DNA of 64,000 nucleotides from Verrucomicrobiia bacterium (GCA_019634635.1 JAHCBB010000006.1:115211-179210), one strand, 5' to 3'; shown: positions 38,060-53,537, numbered from the stretch's first letter. The notes: generated from the sequence alone by a model not told the origin. Made by a program: numbers and translations.

Positions 38060-39199
38060 ATGCACCCGACCGAACCACGCTCCCTCCCCGCTTCCCGGGA
38101 CCCCCTGCTGTACACTCCGGGCCCCCTGACCACCTCCCTTTCCGTCAAGCAGGCCATGCTCCATGACGCCGGCTCGTGGCATTGGGACTTCAACGAAAGG
38201 GTCCGGTGGATCCGGGAGCGTCTGCTGGCCCTCGGCGGCGTCCGCCGGGAGGACGGCTGGGAGGCCGTCCTGCTCCAGGGCAGCGGCACGTTCGGCGTCG
38301 AGTCGGTTTTCCAGACCTGCGTGCCTCCGCAGGGACGGGTCGCGGTGGTGTCCAATGGCGCCTATGGCGAGCGGATGGTCCTCATGCTTCAGCACGCGCG
38401 CATCGCTCACGACGTGCTCCGCACGCCGGAGGACACCCCCGGGGACCCCGGGGCACTGGACGCCCTGCTGGCGGCCAATCCCGGCATCACCCATGTCGCC
38501 GTGGTCCATTGCGAGACCACGACGGGGCTGCTCAACGACCTTGCGGCGCTCGGCGCGGTGACCCGGCGCCATGGCCGGGTCTTTGTGGTGGACGCCATGA
38601 GCAGCTTCGGCGCCTACCCCATCGCGCTGGACGCGTCCGGCCCCGACTTCCTGGTTTCGTCCGCCAACAAATGCATCGAGGGGGTGCCGGGATTCAGCTT
38701 CATCCTGTGCCGGCGCGCCCGGCTCCTGGAATGCGAGGGGCACGCCCGTTCATTGAGCATGAACCTGCTGGATCAGCTTCGGGGGTTCGAGAAGAACGGC
38801 CAGTTCCGCTACACGCCCCCGACGCATGCGCTGCTCGCGTTCGAGCAGGCGCTTCATGAGCTGGATCAGGAGGGGGGCGTTGCCGCGCGGTCGGCGCGTT
38901 ACTGCCGCAACCACGAGGTGTTGCTGGCGGGCATGACCCGGCTCGGGTTCCGCAGCTACCTGCCGGCGGCGGTGCAAAGCCACATCATCACCAGCTTCCT
39001 GTACCCGGCGGATTCCCGCTTCAACTTCCCGGAGTTCTACCGGCGCGTGGCCTTGAAGGGATTCATCCTGTACCCCGGAAAAATCAGCCAGGCGGACACC
39101 TTTCGCATCGGAAACATCGGACGCCTGTTCGAGTCCGACATGAGGGCGGTGGTGTACGCCATCGGAGAGGCTCTCGAAGAAATGGGCCTCCGGCCCTGA
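38060..39199 (+). CDS. phnW: 2-aminoethylphosphonate--pyruvate transaminase-like class V aminotransferase
   Basis: Start set at ATG 38060. LLYTPGPLTTSLSVKQAMLHDAGSWHWDF...LLQGSGTFGVESV...VVSNGAYGERM matches my recollection of the PhnW N-terminal region. SANKCIEG carries the PLP lysine. Confidence 0.6.
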   Translation: MHPTEPRSLPASRDPLLYTPGPLTTSLSVKQAMLHDAGSWHWDFNERVRWIRERLLALGGVRREDGWEAVLLQGSGTFGVESVFQTCVPPQGRVAVVSNGAYGERMVLMLQHARIAHDVLRTPEDTPGDPGALDALLAANPGITHVAVVHCETTTGLLNDLAALGAVTRRHGRVFVVDAMSSFGAYPIALDASGPDFLVSSANKCIEGVPGFSFILCRRARLLECEGHARSLSMNLLDQLRGFEKNGQFRYTPPTHALLAFEQALHELDQEGGVAARSARYCRNHEVLLAGMTRLGFRSYLPAAVQSHIITSFLYPADSRFNFPEFYRRVALKGFILYPGKISQADTFRIGNIGRLFESDMRAVVYAIGEALEEMGLRP

Positions 39200-39226
39200 C
39201 CCCGGATCCGAACAGGAGCGGGCCGG

Positions 39227-42859
<3,633 letters not shown>

Positions 42860-42868
42860 GGCCGGGGG

Positions 42869-44080
42869 TTATTGCAGCTGGTTCAACGCCGCCTTCAGGT
42901 GCTCCACCACAACGGCACGATCCTGAGGTTCCACCTGGGCCGGATCCAGGACCAGCGAGAAGCCCGTGCGGGAAGCATCTATCCGCTGGCTGATGGCCGC
43001 ATCACCCCTTGGGGCGATGACCGCGTAGGTCTGAATCGGGTGCTCGAAGCCCTTCACGAAGATCGGCTCTTTCGGCACGCACTCAAACTTGTCCTTCACG
43101 AGCAGCCACGTCTCATGGACCAGCAGGATCTCCCCGGGCTGTGCCGCCGACTGGAGACGGCTGGCCAGGTTCACCTGGTTGCCGATGATGGTGTAGGACA
43201 TGCGTTCCTCGCTGCCGAAATTGCCCACCGTGCAGAAGCCGGTGGTCAGGCCCATGCGAACCTCAAATCGCCGGGGGATCCCCCGGTCCGCCCATTCGGT
43301 GCCGAGGGTCGTCAGCGCCTCCCGCATTTCCAGCGCCATGCGGACCGCCGCCCGGGCATCCTCCGCCAGTCCCTGCGTCTCCGGATCCCCGAAAAACACG
43401 AGGACCGCGTCGCCCATGAACTTGTCAAAAGTACCCCCATGCCGCTGGACGATCTGCCACATGCGGTTGAGGTACCCGTTCAGGATGAACGCCAGATCCT
43501 CGGGCTCCATGCCCTCGGTCTGCTTCGTGAAGCCGACGATGTCGGAAAAGAACACGGTCAGCTTCTTCCGGCTGCTCCCGATCCGGGCGTCCTGCCGTCC
43601 CTCAAAGATGGACTGGTACACCTGGGGGGAGAGGTAGCGGGAGAGTTTTTCGGACAGTTGCTCCAGGTTCTTCCGGGACTGGCGGAGTGCGAGGTGGGTT
43701 CTGACCCGGGCCAGCACGATTGGCGGGCTGACGGGCTTGGTGAGGTAGTCCACGGCGCCGAGCTCGAATCCGCGCGCCTCGTCGTCCACCTCCGTCTTTG
43801 CAGTCGCAAAGATCACCGGAATGTCGCGGGTCCGTGGGGTGGCCGCCAGCTGCCGGCACACTTCGTAGCCGTCCATTTCCGGCATCATCACATCCAGGAG
43901 GATCAGGTCCGGCGGGGTGTCACTCTGGGCAATCTTCAGCGCCCGCGCCCCGTTCAGCGCCACCTTCACCTGGTAGTGACCCCGGAGGATGGCCGCCAGC
44001 ACGTCCACGTTTTCCGGGGCGTCGTCCACGATGAGGATCTGGGGCTGGGGACGTTCGGCAATCGGTTCGGAGGCATTCAT
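42869..44080 (-). CDS. response regulator receiver fused to a class III adenylate/guanylate cyclase domain
   Basis: Start set at ATG 44080 (MNASEP...). REC motifs ILIVDDAPENV and DLILLDVMMPEMDG. Cyclase motifs LTVFFSDIVGFT and FMGDAVLVFFG. 9 bp upstream of the hybrid kinase gene. Confidence 0.85.
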   Translation of the reverse strand: MNASEPIAERPQPQILIVDDAPENVDVLAAILRGHYQVKVALNGARALKIAQSDTPPDLILLDVMMPEMDGYEVCRQLAATPRTRDIPVIFATAKTEVDDEARGFELGAVDYLTKPVSPPIVLARVRTHLALRQSRKNLEQLSEKLSRYLSPQVYQSIFEGRQDARIGSSRKKLTVFFSDIVGFTKQTEGMEPEDLAFILNGYLNRMWQIVQRHGGTFDKFMGDAVLVFFGDPETQGLAEDARAAVRMALEMREALTTLGTEWADRGIPRRFEVRMGLTTGFCTVGNFGSEERMSYTIIGNQVNLASRLQSAAQPGEILLVHETWLLVKDKFECVPKEPIFVKGFEHPIQTYAVIAPRGDAAISQRIDASRTGFSLVLDPAQVEPQDRAVVVEHLKAALNQLQ

Positions 44081-44403
44081 GGAGACGTCCGCACCCACCG
44101 GGACCCGGCGCGGATGCGGGCCATTCTGGGGCAGGGTGGGGCGATTCGTCCACTACGGCCGCGCGCCCGGAGCGTCTGGCAATCCGGAGGCGGCGGAACG
44201 GGGAATGGATCGCACGTGGATCTGGACGGTCGGCTCATGGAAGCCTTTGGGGTGGAATGGCCTGGCAACTGAGCAGCCTCCGGCGCGGCCGAGGGATCCT
44301 CCGGTGGCTCGCGCCGGGTGCGGACGGGTCTTTGCGAGGTGGGACATGTGTCTTGACCGGATCTGCCCAGGTCCCTAGCGTCGCCGCATTCGTGACCGGA
44401 CAT

Positions 44404-44441
44404 GAGCAGAGCCACCTGCTGGTGCTGCTCTTTTTGTTTTT
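44404..44441 (+). terminator. terminator-like hairpin plus T-run in the accB upstream region
   Basis: gagcag..cacc-tgct-ggtg-ctgctc forms about 10 bp with a 3-nt bulge, followed by tttttgttttt. No plus-strand gene lies upstream of it, so its role is unclear. Confidence 0.3.
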
Positions 44442-44495
44442 CCGAGGGCACGACAACCGCCCAGCCACTTCGGCTGGCCCAACCCGGGTTTTGCC

Positions 44496-44969
44496 GTGGA
44501 TCTCAAAGAGATCAAAGCGATCATAGATTTGATGAAAAAGAACTCCCTGGCGGAGTTCGAACTGGAGGAGAAGGACTTCAAGATCAAGCTCAAGCGGCCG
44601 ACGGCGGCCGCTTCCGGGCCGTCCGTCACCCCTTTGGATGATCCCGAGTTGACGGCGTTCGCCCAAACCTTGCGTCCGCCGTCGTCGCCGTCGCCGCCGT
44701 CGGCGTCCACCGCTCCGGTGGCCTCCGGTGATCTTGAAATCAAGTCCCCGATGATCGGCACGCTGTACCGGTCGCCGTCGCCGGAGGCCGGTCCCTACGT
44801 GGAGGTGGGTTCCGAGGTCGGGCCGGAAACCGTGGTCTGCATCATCGAGGCCATGAAGGTGATGAACGAAATCAAGGCGGAGACGCGCGGCGTCATCACC
44901 GCGGCGGTCGCCGAAAACGCCAAGCCGGTGGAATTCGGGCAGCCCCTATTCCGCCTGCGTCCGCTTTAG
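44496..44969 (+). CDS. accB: acetyl-CoA carboxylase biotin carboxyl carrier protein
   Basis: 157 aa, GTG start. A Pro/Ala/Ser linker is followed by the biotinyl domain with EAMKVMNEI. Confidence 0.9.
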   Translation: MDLKEIKAIIDLMKKNSLAEFELEEKDFKIKLKRPTAAASGPSVTPLDDPELTAFAQTLRPPSSPSPPSASTAPVASGDLEIKSPMIGTLYRSPSPEAGPYVEVGSEVGPETVVCIIEAMKVMNEIKAETRGVITAAVAENAKPVEFGQPLFRLRPL

Positions 44970-45054
44970 CCCGCGGGCCCCATCGGTCCACCGTGTCAAC
45001 GCCCTCCGGTGCCGCCCACGCCCCCGCCCCCGCAACCGATTCCGACCCGTCCGT

Positions 45055-46440
45055 ATGTTCGAAAAAGTCCTCGTGGCCAACCGTGGCGAGATCGCCATCC
45101 GCATCATCCGCGCCTGCCGCGAGCTGAACATCAAGACCGTCGCCGTCTATTCCAAGGCCGACGCCAGTTCCATGCATGTCCAGGTCGCGGACGAGGCAAT
45201 TTGCATCGGGGACGGCCCGAGTTCCGACAGTTACCTGAGGATTGACCGGGTGATTTCGGCGGCGGAGATCGCGGATGTGGACGCCATCCATCCGGGCTAC
45301 GGTTTCCTGAGCGAAAACGCGCATTTCGCCGATGTCTGCGAGAGCTGCAACATCCGGTTCATCGGGCCCCGCTCCGCCGCGATGAACGCGTTGCACGACA
45401 AGGCGTCCAGCCGCAACCTCGCGCGCCGTGCCAACGTGCCGACCCCTCCGGGATCCGAGGGCCTGGTGGAGACCGAGCAGGACGCGGTGAACATCGCACG
45501 AAAGATCGGCTACCCGGTCCTGGTGAAGGCGGTTGCGGGGGGCGGTGGACGGGGCATGCGCGTCGCGCACAACGACGTGGCCATGGTCAAGGCGTACTAC
45601 ACGGCCCGGACCGAGGCGGAAAAGGCCTTTGGCAACAGCGGGGTGTACATCGAGAAGTTCATCGAGAATCCCCACCACATCGAGTTCCAGATCCTGGGGG
45701 ACACCAAGGGCAACCTCATCCACCTCGGCGAGCGCGACTGCTCCATCCAGCGGCGGAACCAGAAGCTGATCGAGGAGACGCCGTCGCCCTATTTCGACCG
45801 CAAGGAGTTCCGAAGTCTGCGCGCCAAGATGGGCCGGGCGGCGCTCAAGATCGCCGAGCTGGCGGGGTACACGAGTGCGGGCACCGTGGAGTTCATCGCC
45901 GACGATCAGGGGCAGTTCTACTTCCTGGAGGTCAACAAGCGCATCCAGGTCGAGCATCCGGTCACCGAGGAGGTGACGGGTGTGGACCTCGTGAAGCAGC
46001 AGATCCTGATCGCCCTTGGGGAGAAACTCGGGATGTCCCAGGGCGACGTGCAGATGAAGGGCCATGCGATCGAGTGCCGGATCAATGCCGAGAATCCGTT
46101 TGACGATTTCCGTCCGAGCCCGGGGCGGATCGAGATGTACTACGCCCCCGGCGGCCCCGGGGTCCGCGTGGACTCCCATGCCTACGCCGGGTACACCATC
46201 CCTCCGTACTACGACTCGATGATTGCCAAGCTGATCACGCGCGGGAAGGACCGCGCGGAGGCCATGAGCAAGATGAGCCGCGCGCTGGGCGAATACATGG
46301 TGACCGGGATCAAGTCCACCATCCCCTTCGAGCAGGCCGTCCTCCAGGACCCGGATTTCAGGCGGGGCCAGTACAACACCGGCTTTGTCGAGCGACTGAT
46401 GACCGGCGCCAAGGTGGAGTTGATCCAGGACAACGCCTGA
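45055..46440 (+). CDS. accC: acetyl-CoA carboxylase biotin carboxylase subunit
   Basis: 461 aa. [42 protein letters not shown] and EMNTR-type segment [14 protein letters not shown]. Confidence 0.95.
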   Translation: MFEKVLVANRGEIAIRIIRACRELNIKTVAVYSKADASSMHVQVADEAICIGDGPSSDSYLRIDRVISAAEIADVDAIHPGYGFLSENAHFADVCESCNIRFIGPRSAAMNALHDKASSRNLARRANVPTPPGSEGLVETEQDAVNIARKIGYPVLVKAVAGGGGRGMRVAHNDVAMVKAYYTARTEAEKAFGNSGVYIEKFIENPHHIEFQILGDTKGNLIHLGERDCSIQRRNQKLIEETPSPYFDRKEFRSLRAKMGRAALKIAELAGYTSAGTVEFIADDQGQFYFLEVNKRIQVEHPVTEEVTGVDLVKQQILIALGEKLGMSQGDVQMKGHAIECRINAENPFDDFRPSPGRIEMYYAPGGPGVRVDSHAYAGYTIPPYYDSMIAKLITRGKDRAEAMSKMSRALGEYMVTGIKSTIPFEQAVLQDPDFRRGQYNTGFVERLMTGAKVELIQDNA

Positions 46441-46534
46441 CGCCGGGCCGCGCGGCGCCGGTCCGGTGGGGAGGTGCGGAGGGTCCCGATGGTTCCGGCT
46501 TCCGTTCGGCGGCGGTCCCGGTACGATCTGCGTC

Positions 46535-47407
46535 GTGAGCGCGACCTCGCGACCTGCCGGCTCCGGCCCGTTCACGGAATCCCAGTTCCAGGCGATGCTG
46601 ATCCTGCTTGGCGATGAGGATCCGCAGGTTCATCGGTTGATCCGGGCGCGGCTGGTTGCCGCGGGCGAGCCGGCGTTCACGTTTCTTGAACGACACCGGC
46701 TCCACGACGACCCGGCCATCCGGCGGCGGGTCCGGGAGCTGCTTCATGAGCGATTGGCGGCCCGCAATGACGCGGAGTTCCTCCAGTTCATCCTCTCGCA
46801 GGGCGAGCACTTCGACCTGGAGGAGGGCCTCTGGCGGTTCGTCCTCACGAGTCATCCGGAAATCAATGTGGCGGCGTACCAGGCGCAACTGGATGAATGG
46901 GCCGCCCGCGTGGGCGGGATGCTGCCGGCTGGTTTTGGCCCCGGAGTGGCGCTGGACGCGATGAACGAGGTGCTGTTCGAACAGCTCCGCTTCCGCGGGA
47001 ACGAGGAGCACTTTTTCGATCCGGCCAACAGCTACCTCAACCGTGTCATGGACCGCCGCCTGGGCATCCCGATCACGCTCAGCGCGGTGTACCTCCTGGT
47101 GGCGCGCCGGGTGCGGATCCCGGTGACCGGGATCGGGATGCCGTCCCATTTCCTCTGCCGGTACCAGACCCCCATGGCCGAGGTGTACATTGACCCGTTC
47201 CACGGCGGCCAGCTGCTCACCCGCCTGGACTGCAGGAAGCGCCTCCTGGAGTCCGCCGTCGGCTTTGACGAGAGCCATCTGGCCCCGTTGAGCAGCCGCC
47301 GGACCTTGCAGCGCATGATCGCCAACGTGCACCTCATCCACAAGGAGCGCCGCAACCGGCCCGAGTCCGACCGGCTGCAGCGGTACCTCGTGGCGTTGTC
47401 GCGCTGA
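46535..47407 (+). CDS. transglutaminase-like (SirB1/Transglut_core2-type) family protein
   Basis: FFDPANSYLNRVMDRRLGIPITLSAVYLLVARRVRIPVTGIGMPSHFLCRY...VYIDPFHGG. The start is uncertain (GTG 46535, or elsewhere within the track ORF that starts at 46466). Confidence 0.6.
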   Translation: MSATSRPAGSGPFTESQFQAMLILLGDEDPQVHRLIRARLVAAGEPAFTFLERHRLHDDPAIRRRVRELLHERLAARNDAEFLQFILSQGEHFDLEEGLWRFVLTSHPEINVAAYQAQLDEWAARVGGMLPAGFGPGVALDAMNEVLFEQLRFRGNEEHFFDPANSYLNRVMDRRLGIPITLSAVYLLVARRVRIPVTGIGMPSHFLCRYQTPMAEVYIDPFHGGQLLTRLDCRKRLLESAVGFDESHLAPLSSRRTLQRMIANVHLIHKERRNRPESDRLQRYLVALSR

Positions 47408-47481
47408 AGTCTCCGGCCTGACGAAGTCGGAACGCGTGCTTGTGGGAACCCGGTGGGCACGGCTCACTTCGCCGGTCGTAC

Positions 47482-49257
47482 ATGCGCTGGTCACAAACGC
47501 TGATTCCCACCCTCAAGGAGGTCCCGGCCGATGCCGAGATCCCGTCCCATCAACTGCTGCTTCGTGCCGGGCTCGTTCGAAAGCTCACCGGAGGGCTCTA
47601 CACCTTCCTCCCCATGGGCCTGCGCGTGCTGCGAAAGATCGAGGGGATCGTCCGCAGCGAAATGGACCGTGCCGGGGCGATCGAGGTGCTGATGCCTGCG
47701 CTGCAGCCGCCGGAAATCTGGCATGCTTCGGGGCGCTACCAGACGGCCCGTGAGGTGCTGTTCCGCGTGCGAGACCGGGCGGCAAAGGAATGGGTCCTGG
47801 GTCCGACCCATGAGGAGGTGGTCACGACGCTCGCCGCCGGGGAGATCAGCTCCTACAAGCAGCTCCCGCTGAACTTCTACCAGATTGGCGTGAAATTCCG
47901 CGACGAAATCCGCCCGCGCTTTGGCCTGATGCGGGCGAAGGAGTTCGTGATGAAGGACGCCTATTCGTTCGACACCAGCGACGAGGCGGCCATGGAGAGC
48001 TATCAGCGCATGTACGACGCCTACACCCGGATTTTTGCCCGGTGCGGTCTGCGGGCGGTGGCGGTCGAGGCCGACACGGGGGTGATCGGCGGCAGCCATT
48101 CCCACGAGTTCATGGTGCCCGCGGATACCGGGGAGAACGAGGTGGTGTCGTGTGATTCGGGCACCTACGCCGCGAACATCGAGAAGGCCACCAGCCGCGG
48201 GGCGCTGACGCCGACGCCCTCCGCCTCCACCGGTGCCGCGCCCGAGCGGTTCGCCACCCCGGGTGTGCTGACGATCGAGGCCCTGGCCGCCCCGCCTCAC
48301 GGCGTGCCCGCCCACGCCCAGATCAAGACCCTCCTGTACGTGCTCGATTCCCAGCCCGTGGTGCTGCTCCTGCGCGGCGACGACCAGTTGAGCGAGACCA
48401 AGCTGCTGGCCCGCACCGGTGCCGTCGGGGCGCGTCCCGCAACCCCCGCGGAATGCCTCGCCACGCTCGGGGCGCATCCGGGGTCCCTTGGGGCCGTGGT
48501 CGGACGCGACACCCTCGCCTCCCGGGGCATCCGCGTGATTGCCGACCGGCAATTGCACGGAGCGGCAGGGATGACCACCGGGGCCAATGAAGATGGATTC
48601 CACCTGCGCCACGTCGAGATGGACCGTGACGTCCGCCCCGACACCTGGGAGGACCTGCGCACCGTCGTCGCCGGCGAGTTGTCCGTGGCCACGGGAGAGC
48701 CCCTGAAGATCGGCCGTGCCATCGAGGTCGGTCACGTGTTCAAGCTCGGCACCACGTACAGTGAGAAACTCAATGCGTATTTTTTGCCCGAGGACGGGCG
48801 GCGCCGCCCGTGCGTGATGGGCTGCTACGGCATCGGCGTCACCCGCACGCTGCAGGCGGTGATCGAACAGTGTCACGACCGGGACGGCATCGTTTGGCCC
48901 CTGTCCGTGGCGCCCTACCAGGTTTGCCTGACGCCGCTTTCCGTGGCGCCGGACAGCGCACCCATGCGGGCCGCGGAAGCCCTGTATTGCGAGCTGATGG
49001 AAGCCGGCATCGAGGTGATCCTGGACGACCGCGACGAGCGGCCGGGGGTCAAGTTCAAGGACAGCGAACTCGTGGGCTTCCCGCTTCGGGTCAACCTGGG
49101 TGAAAAATCCCTGGCGCGCGGCGAGGTGGAGCTCAAGCCCCGCGGCGGCACCCTGGAGGCTGTGCCGCTGGCAGAGGCCACGGCGCGGGTGCGGGCCTGG
49201 GTGCGCACCGCGGCGGCCGCCCTCGAACCGGGCGGGGCATCGTCTGTCAGGTCCTGA
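47482..49257 (+). CDS. proS: proline--tRNA ligase (bacterial type with editing insertion)
   Basis: Start set at ATG 47482 ([35 protein letters not shown]). Class II motifs [17 protein letters not shown] and CYGIGVTR. Confidence 0.95.
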   Translation: MRWSQTLIPTLKEVPADAEIPSHQLLLRAGLVRKLTGGLYTFLPMGLRVLRKIEGIVRSEMDRAGAIEVLMPALQPPEIWHASGRYQTAREVLFRVRDRAAKEWVLGPTHEEVVTTLAAGEISSYKQLPLNFYQIGVKFRDEIRPRFGLMRAKEFVMKDAYSFDTSDEAAMESYQRMYDAYTRIFARCGLRAVAVEADTGVIGGSHSHEFMVPADTGENEVVSCDSGTYAANIEKATSRGALTPTPSASTGAAPERFATPGVLTIEALAAPPHGVPAHAQIKTLLYVLDSQPVVLLLRGDDQLSETKLLARTGAVGARPATPAECLATLGAHPGSLGAVVGRDTLASRGIRVIADRQLHGAAGMTTGANEDGFHLRHVEMDRDVRPDTWEDLRTVVAGELSVATGEPLKIGRAIEVGHVFKLGTTYSEKLNAYFLPEDGRRRPCVMGCYGIGVTRTLQAVIEQCHDRDGIVWPLSVAPYQVCLTPLSVAPDSAPMRAAEALYCELMEAGIEVILDDRDERPGVKFKDSELVGFPLRVNLGEKSLARGEVELKPRGGTLEAVPLAEATARVRAWVRTAAAALEPGGASSVRS

Positions 49258-49286
49258 CCCACGTCGCTGGACTTCCTTGATCGTGA

Positions 49287-50428
49287 TGATGAACACCACC
49301 CATCCCCGCGAACGGATCCTGATGGGGCCCGGTCCGAGTCCGGTACCCGCCCGTGTGCTCCGGGCCCTCGCTGCTCCCACCCTGGGGCATCTGGATCCCC
49401 AGTACCTCGCCATCATGGACGAGACCTGCGAACGGCTGCGCCAGGTCTTCAGGACCCGCAACCGGCTCACATTTCCCGTCAGCGGCACCGGCATGGCGGG
49501 CATGGAGTGCCTTGCAGTGAACCTGATCGAGCCCGGCGACGAGGTGATTGTGGGCGTGAATGGCGTGTTCGGTGGCCGCATGAAGGACGTGATGGAGCGG
49601 TGCGGGGCCGTCGTCCATTCGCTCGATGCCGCCTGGGGCGACGTTTTCACCCGCGATCAGGTGTCGGCGGCCCTCGCGGAGCACCCAAAATCGCGGCTGG
49701 TGGCACTGGTCCATGCCGAAACCAGCACCGGCGCCCTGCAACCGCTTGAGGGCATCGCCGAACGGGTCCACGACCACGGGGCCTTGTTTCTCGTGGATGC
49801 CGTCACCAGCCTGGGCGGCCACGAGCTGCGCGTGGATGAGTGGGGCATTGATGCGATCTACAGCGGCACGCAAAAGTGCCTGAGCTGTCCGCCGGGGTTG
49901 TCGCCGGTCAGCTTTGGGGAGCGGGCGCTGGCCCGGATGGACGCCCGCACGTCGAAGCCGCAGTCGTGGTATCTCGACGTCTCCATGCTCCGGAAGTATT
50001 ACCTCGCCGGAGCCGGGGCCGGGGGCGGACGCGTGTATCATCACACGGCGCCGATCAACATGACCTATGCGCTCAACGAGGCGCTGGCGATCGTCCTGGA
50101 GGAAGGGCTCGATGCCCGGATTGCCCGGCATGCCCAGGCGCACCGCCGGTTGCGCGCCGGGCTCGAAGGCATGGGCCTCTCCTACATCCCCAGGCACTCC
50201 CTGCACACCCTGAACTGCGTTGGGATTCCGGCGGGAGCCGACGACGTCCTGGTGCGGCGACGACTCCTGGAGGACTACGACATTGAGATCGGGGCCGGCC
50301 TGGGCGTCATGGCCGGAAAGGCGTGGCGCATCGGGCTCATGGGACATGGAGCGACGACGCGAAACGTGGACCTCGTCCTCGCGGCACTTCGCGAAGTGTG
50401 GCGGCATCCCGGGAGCGTTGCCGGGTGA
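49287..50428 (+). CDS. class V aminotransferase (alanine-glyoxylate/serine-pyruvate aminotransferase family)
   Basis: Start set at ATG 49287 ([28 protein letters not shown]). Contains [10 protein letters not shown] and [12 protein letters not shown] (PLP lysine). Confidence 0.85.
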
Positions 50429-50434
50429 TGGCCC

Positions 50435-51874
50435 ATGGACCCGCTCTCCCGGATCGCCGCCATCCTGCCCTCGGATTGCTGGCTGACCGCTCCGGCGGAG
50501 CTGGCCACCTATGAGAGTGACGGGTTGACCGCGTTCCGGACGCGTCCGCTGGCGGTCGCGGTGCCCGGGACCACGGATGAGGTGATCGCGCTGGTACGGG
50601 CCTGCCGCGGGGCGGGCATCCCGTTTGTCGCCAGGGGCAGCGGCACGAGCCTGTCCGGGGGCTCCCTGCCGGTTGCCGGCGGGATCGTCATCGCCCTGAA
50701 CCGGTTGAACCGCATTCTGCGGCTGGATCCGGAAGACCGCACCGCGGTGGTTGAACCCGGGGTCATCAACAGCCAGGTCACCGCGGCCGCATCGCCCCAC
50801 GGGCTGCATTACGCCCCGGATCCATCGAGCCAATCCATCTGCACCATTGGCGGGAACGTCGCCTTCAACTCCGGCGGTGCGCACTGCCTCAAGTACGGCA
50901 TGACCGCCAATCATGTGCTGGGTCTGAAGGCGGTGCTGGGTTCGGGCGAGGTGGTCACCTGGGGCGGGAACGGCCGGGAGCGGATCGGCCCCGACTGGTG
51001 CGGGCTGTTTACCGGGCACGAGGGCCTGTTCGGTGTTGCCCTGGAGATCACCCTGCAGCTGCTGCCGCGCGCGGAGTGCTTTCACACGGTGCTGGCGGGC
51101 TACCGGACCTTGGAGCAGGCCGGCGACGCCGTCACCGCCGTGATTGCGGCCGGGCTGCTTCCCGGAGCGCTGGAGATCATGGATGCGCTGGCCTTGGAAG
51201 CCGCCCGGGCCGCGGTGCACTCGGAGTACCCGGCGGGTTGTGAGGCGGTGCTGATCGTGGAGCTGGAGGGCCCGCGGGAGACGGTCGCCGTGGAGCGGGA
51301 ACGTCTGGGGGAGATCCTGGCGGCGGGCGATCCGGTGGCGGTGCGGCCGGCCCGCGATGCCGCCGAGCGGCAGGCGATCTGGAGGGGACGCAAGAGCGCC
51401 TTCAGCGCGGTCGGGCGGTTGTCCCCGGATTTCATTGTGCAGGACGGGGTGGTCCCGCGCCGGCGACTGGGCGAGGCCCTGCGGCAGATTGCGGCCCTGT
51501 CGCGCGAATCCGGGCTGCGCATTGCCAATGTCTTCCACGCGGGTGACGGCAATCTGCATCCGCTGATTCTGTTCGATGGCCGGCAGCCCGGTGCGCTGGA
51601 GCGTGCGGAGGCGGTGGCGGGTCGGATCCTGAAGCTGTGTGTCGCCATGGGAGGCTCGATCACCGGAGAGCATGGCATTGGCGTCGAGAAGCGGGATTTT
51701 TTGAAGGACCTGTTCACGCCCGACGCGGTCGAGCTCCAAGAGCGGATCCGTGCCGCGTTTGATCCGGACGGTCTTTCCAACCCGGGCAAGATGTTCCCGG
51801 GCACAGGCCCGCCCGCCCTGGCCCATCGCGGACTGCATCCGCTGGAGGCCGCTGGCGTTGTCTCGCGGGAGTGA
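50435..51874 (+). CDS. glcD: FAD-linked oxidase, glycolate oxidase GlcD-like subunit
   Basis: 479 aa. The FAD-binding PCMH region has [15 protein letters not shown]-terminal [14 protein letters not shown]. Confidence 0.85.
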   Translation: MDPLSRIAAILPSDCWLTAPAELATYESDGLTAFRTRPLAVAVPGTTDEVIALVRACRGAGIPFVARGSGTSLSGGSLPVAGGIVIALNRLNRILRLDPEDRTAVVEPGVINSQVTAAASPHGLHYAPDPSSQSICTIGGNVAFNSGGAHCLKYGMTANHVLGLKAVLGSGEVVTWGGNGRERIGPDWCGLFTGHEGLFGVALEITLQLLPRAECFHTVLAGYRTLEQAGDAVTAVIAAGLLPGALEIMDALALEAARAAVHSEYPAGCEAVLIVELEGPRETVAVERERLGEILAAGDPVAVRPARDAAERQAIWRGRKSAFSAVGRLSPDFIVQDGVVPRRRLGEALRQIAALSRESGLRIANVFHAGDGNLHPLILFDGRQPGALERAEAVAGRILKLCVAMGGSITGEHGIGVEKRDFLKDLFTPDAVELQERIRAAFDPDGLSNPGKMFPGTGPPALAHRGLHPLEAAGVVSRE

Positions 51875-51992
51875 CGCCGGACTCCCGTCCGGGCGCAACA
51901 CGGTCTGCGGTCTGCGGATGCTGGGGCGACTGCGATCCTCGGGGCCTCCTGGGCAACGCCATTGCCTTCGGGTTCGACGTCGCTCTCCGGGA

Positions 51993-53537
51993 TCAGGTGC
52001 CTCCGGGCCCCTGGGATCCGCATGGGGCGGTGACCGGTTGCTCCGGATGGTCCACCAGATCTTCGACGAGGGCCTCCCAACGCTCGAGCCACCGGTCCAC
52101 GCGCTCCGCGTCGAACAGGTCCGTGCTGTAATCGGCCGTCACCCGCCACGCCCCGGGTGCCTGGGACCGCTCCACCGTCAGGGACAGGTCGAACTTGCTG
52201 GTGCCCGTGGTCACCGGCCACTCGGTGGCCTCCACGCCGGGAAGGCGCAGCACGGGCGCCAGCGGATCCCGGACGGAGAAGGTCTGGGTCACCAGGGGTT
52301 GGCGCGAGGTGTCGCGGGGAATCCGGAGCCGTTCCACGAGGCGCTCGAAGCGGAGGTCTTGATGTTCGTAGGCGTCGAGGGCGATGTCCCGGACCTGTTC
52401 GAGCAGGCCGCGTCCGGTCAGCCCGGCCGGGAACGGGATGCGCAGCGGGAGCGTATTGGCAAAGAATCCCACCGAAGGCTCGAATTCGACGCGCGAACGG
52501 CCCGCGATGGGAATCCCGATGATGACCTGTCGCAGGCCGGTCTCCCGATGGAGGAATAATGCGTGGGCCGCCAGCAGGTGCATGAACACGGTCGCGCCCT
52601 GCTCGCGAGCCCGGCCTTCGAGTGGAACCCGCCAGCGGGGGTTCAGGACCCGGACCCGGCGGTCGCCACGAAAGGAAGGCACGTCGGGGCGGGGTCGGTC
52701 CGCCGGCAGATCCAATGCCGGCAGGTCACCGGAAAGCTTCCCGGCCCACCACGACTCCTGGGCCTCGAGAACTGCGGCTCCCGGACCCTGTTCCTGCCAT
52801 GCCGCGACATCCGCCGGCTGCAGCGGCGGATCCGGCAGTTGGGCCGCACGACCGGCGGCCAGCGCGCCATAGCTGGTTGAGAGGTCCTGGAGAACATTCA
52901 ACAGCGAAGCGGCATCGGAGATGATGTGATGCAGCACCAGCAGCAGGGCGTGATCCTCCGGGCCCATTCGCACCAGCAGGACCCGGACGGGCGGCCCGGT
53001 TTCCAAGTCCATCGGCTGACGGACCGCGGCCTCGATCCATGCCCGGGCCACCGAAGGACGTTCTTCCGGCGGTCCGCTCTCCGCGACCGCCGTCTCGAGG
53101 ATCACCGTGGCATCCTGCGCGACGCGCTGAACGATGCCGGCGTCCTCCAGTCCGAACGTGGTCCGGAGGGCGTCGTGACGCCGGACGACTGCGGCCAGGG
53201 ATGCCTCCAGCCAGCGGACGTTCAAGGGCCCCCGCAGGCGGAACGCCGTGGGCACGAGGTAAACCGGGGATTCCGGAGCGAACTGATGAATGAACCACAT
53301 CCGCTGCTGGCCGCTGGTGGCGGGATGGACGCGGAGCGGCGGATCGTTTTCGACCCGGAGCGGATGAGCGCAGGGAATGGAGCGGAAGGGCGCCTCCGGA
53401 GTTTGATCGGTGCCGGACGATGCCACCGGGGCCCCCAGCCGCTGTCGCAGCAGGGCCGCCGCCGCGGGATCGAGTTGTGCGAGGCGCGACCGGACTTCGT
53501 CGGTCACGGATCGGGGGGGATCGGGGGGCGGGTTCAT
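51993..53537 (-). CDS. free-standing NRPS condensation (C) domain protein
   Basis: 514 aa. C1-like SGQQRMWFIHQ, C2-like RHDALRTTF, and catalytic HHIISDAASL (HHxxxD). Confidence 0.85.
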   Translation of the reverse strand: MNPPPDPPRSVTDEVRSRLAQLDPAAAALLRQRLGAPVASSGTDQTPEAPFRSIPCAHPLRVENDPPLRVHPATSGQQRMWFIHQFAPESPVYLVPTAFRLRGPLNVRWLEASLAAVVRRHDALRTTFGLEDAGIVQRVAQDATVILETAVAESGPPEERPSVARAWIEAAVRQPMDLETGPPVRVLLVRMGPEDHALLLVLHHIISDAASLLNVLQDLSTSYGALAAGRAAQLPDPPLQPADVAAWQEQGPGAAVLEAQESWWAGKLSGDLPALDLPADRPRPDVPSFRGDRRVRVLNPRWRVPLEGRAREQGATVFMHLLAAHALFLHRETGLRQVIIGIPIAGRSRVEFEPSVGFFANTLPLRIPFPAGLTGRGLLEQVRDIALDAYEHQDLRFERLVERLRIPRDTSRQPLVTQTFSVRDPLAPVLRLPGVEATEWPVTTGTSKFDLSLTVERSQAPGAWRVTADYSTDLFDAERVDRWLERWEALVEDLVDHPEQPVTAPCGSQGPGGT

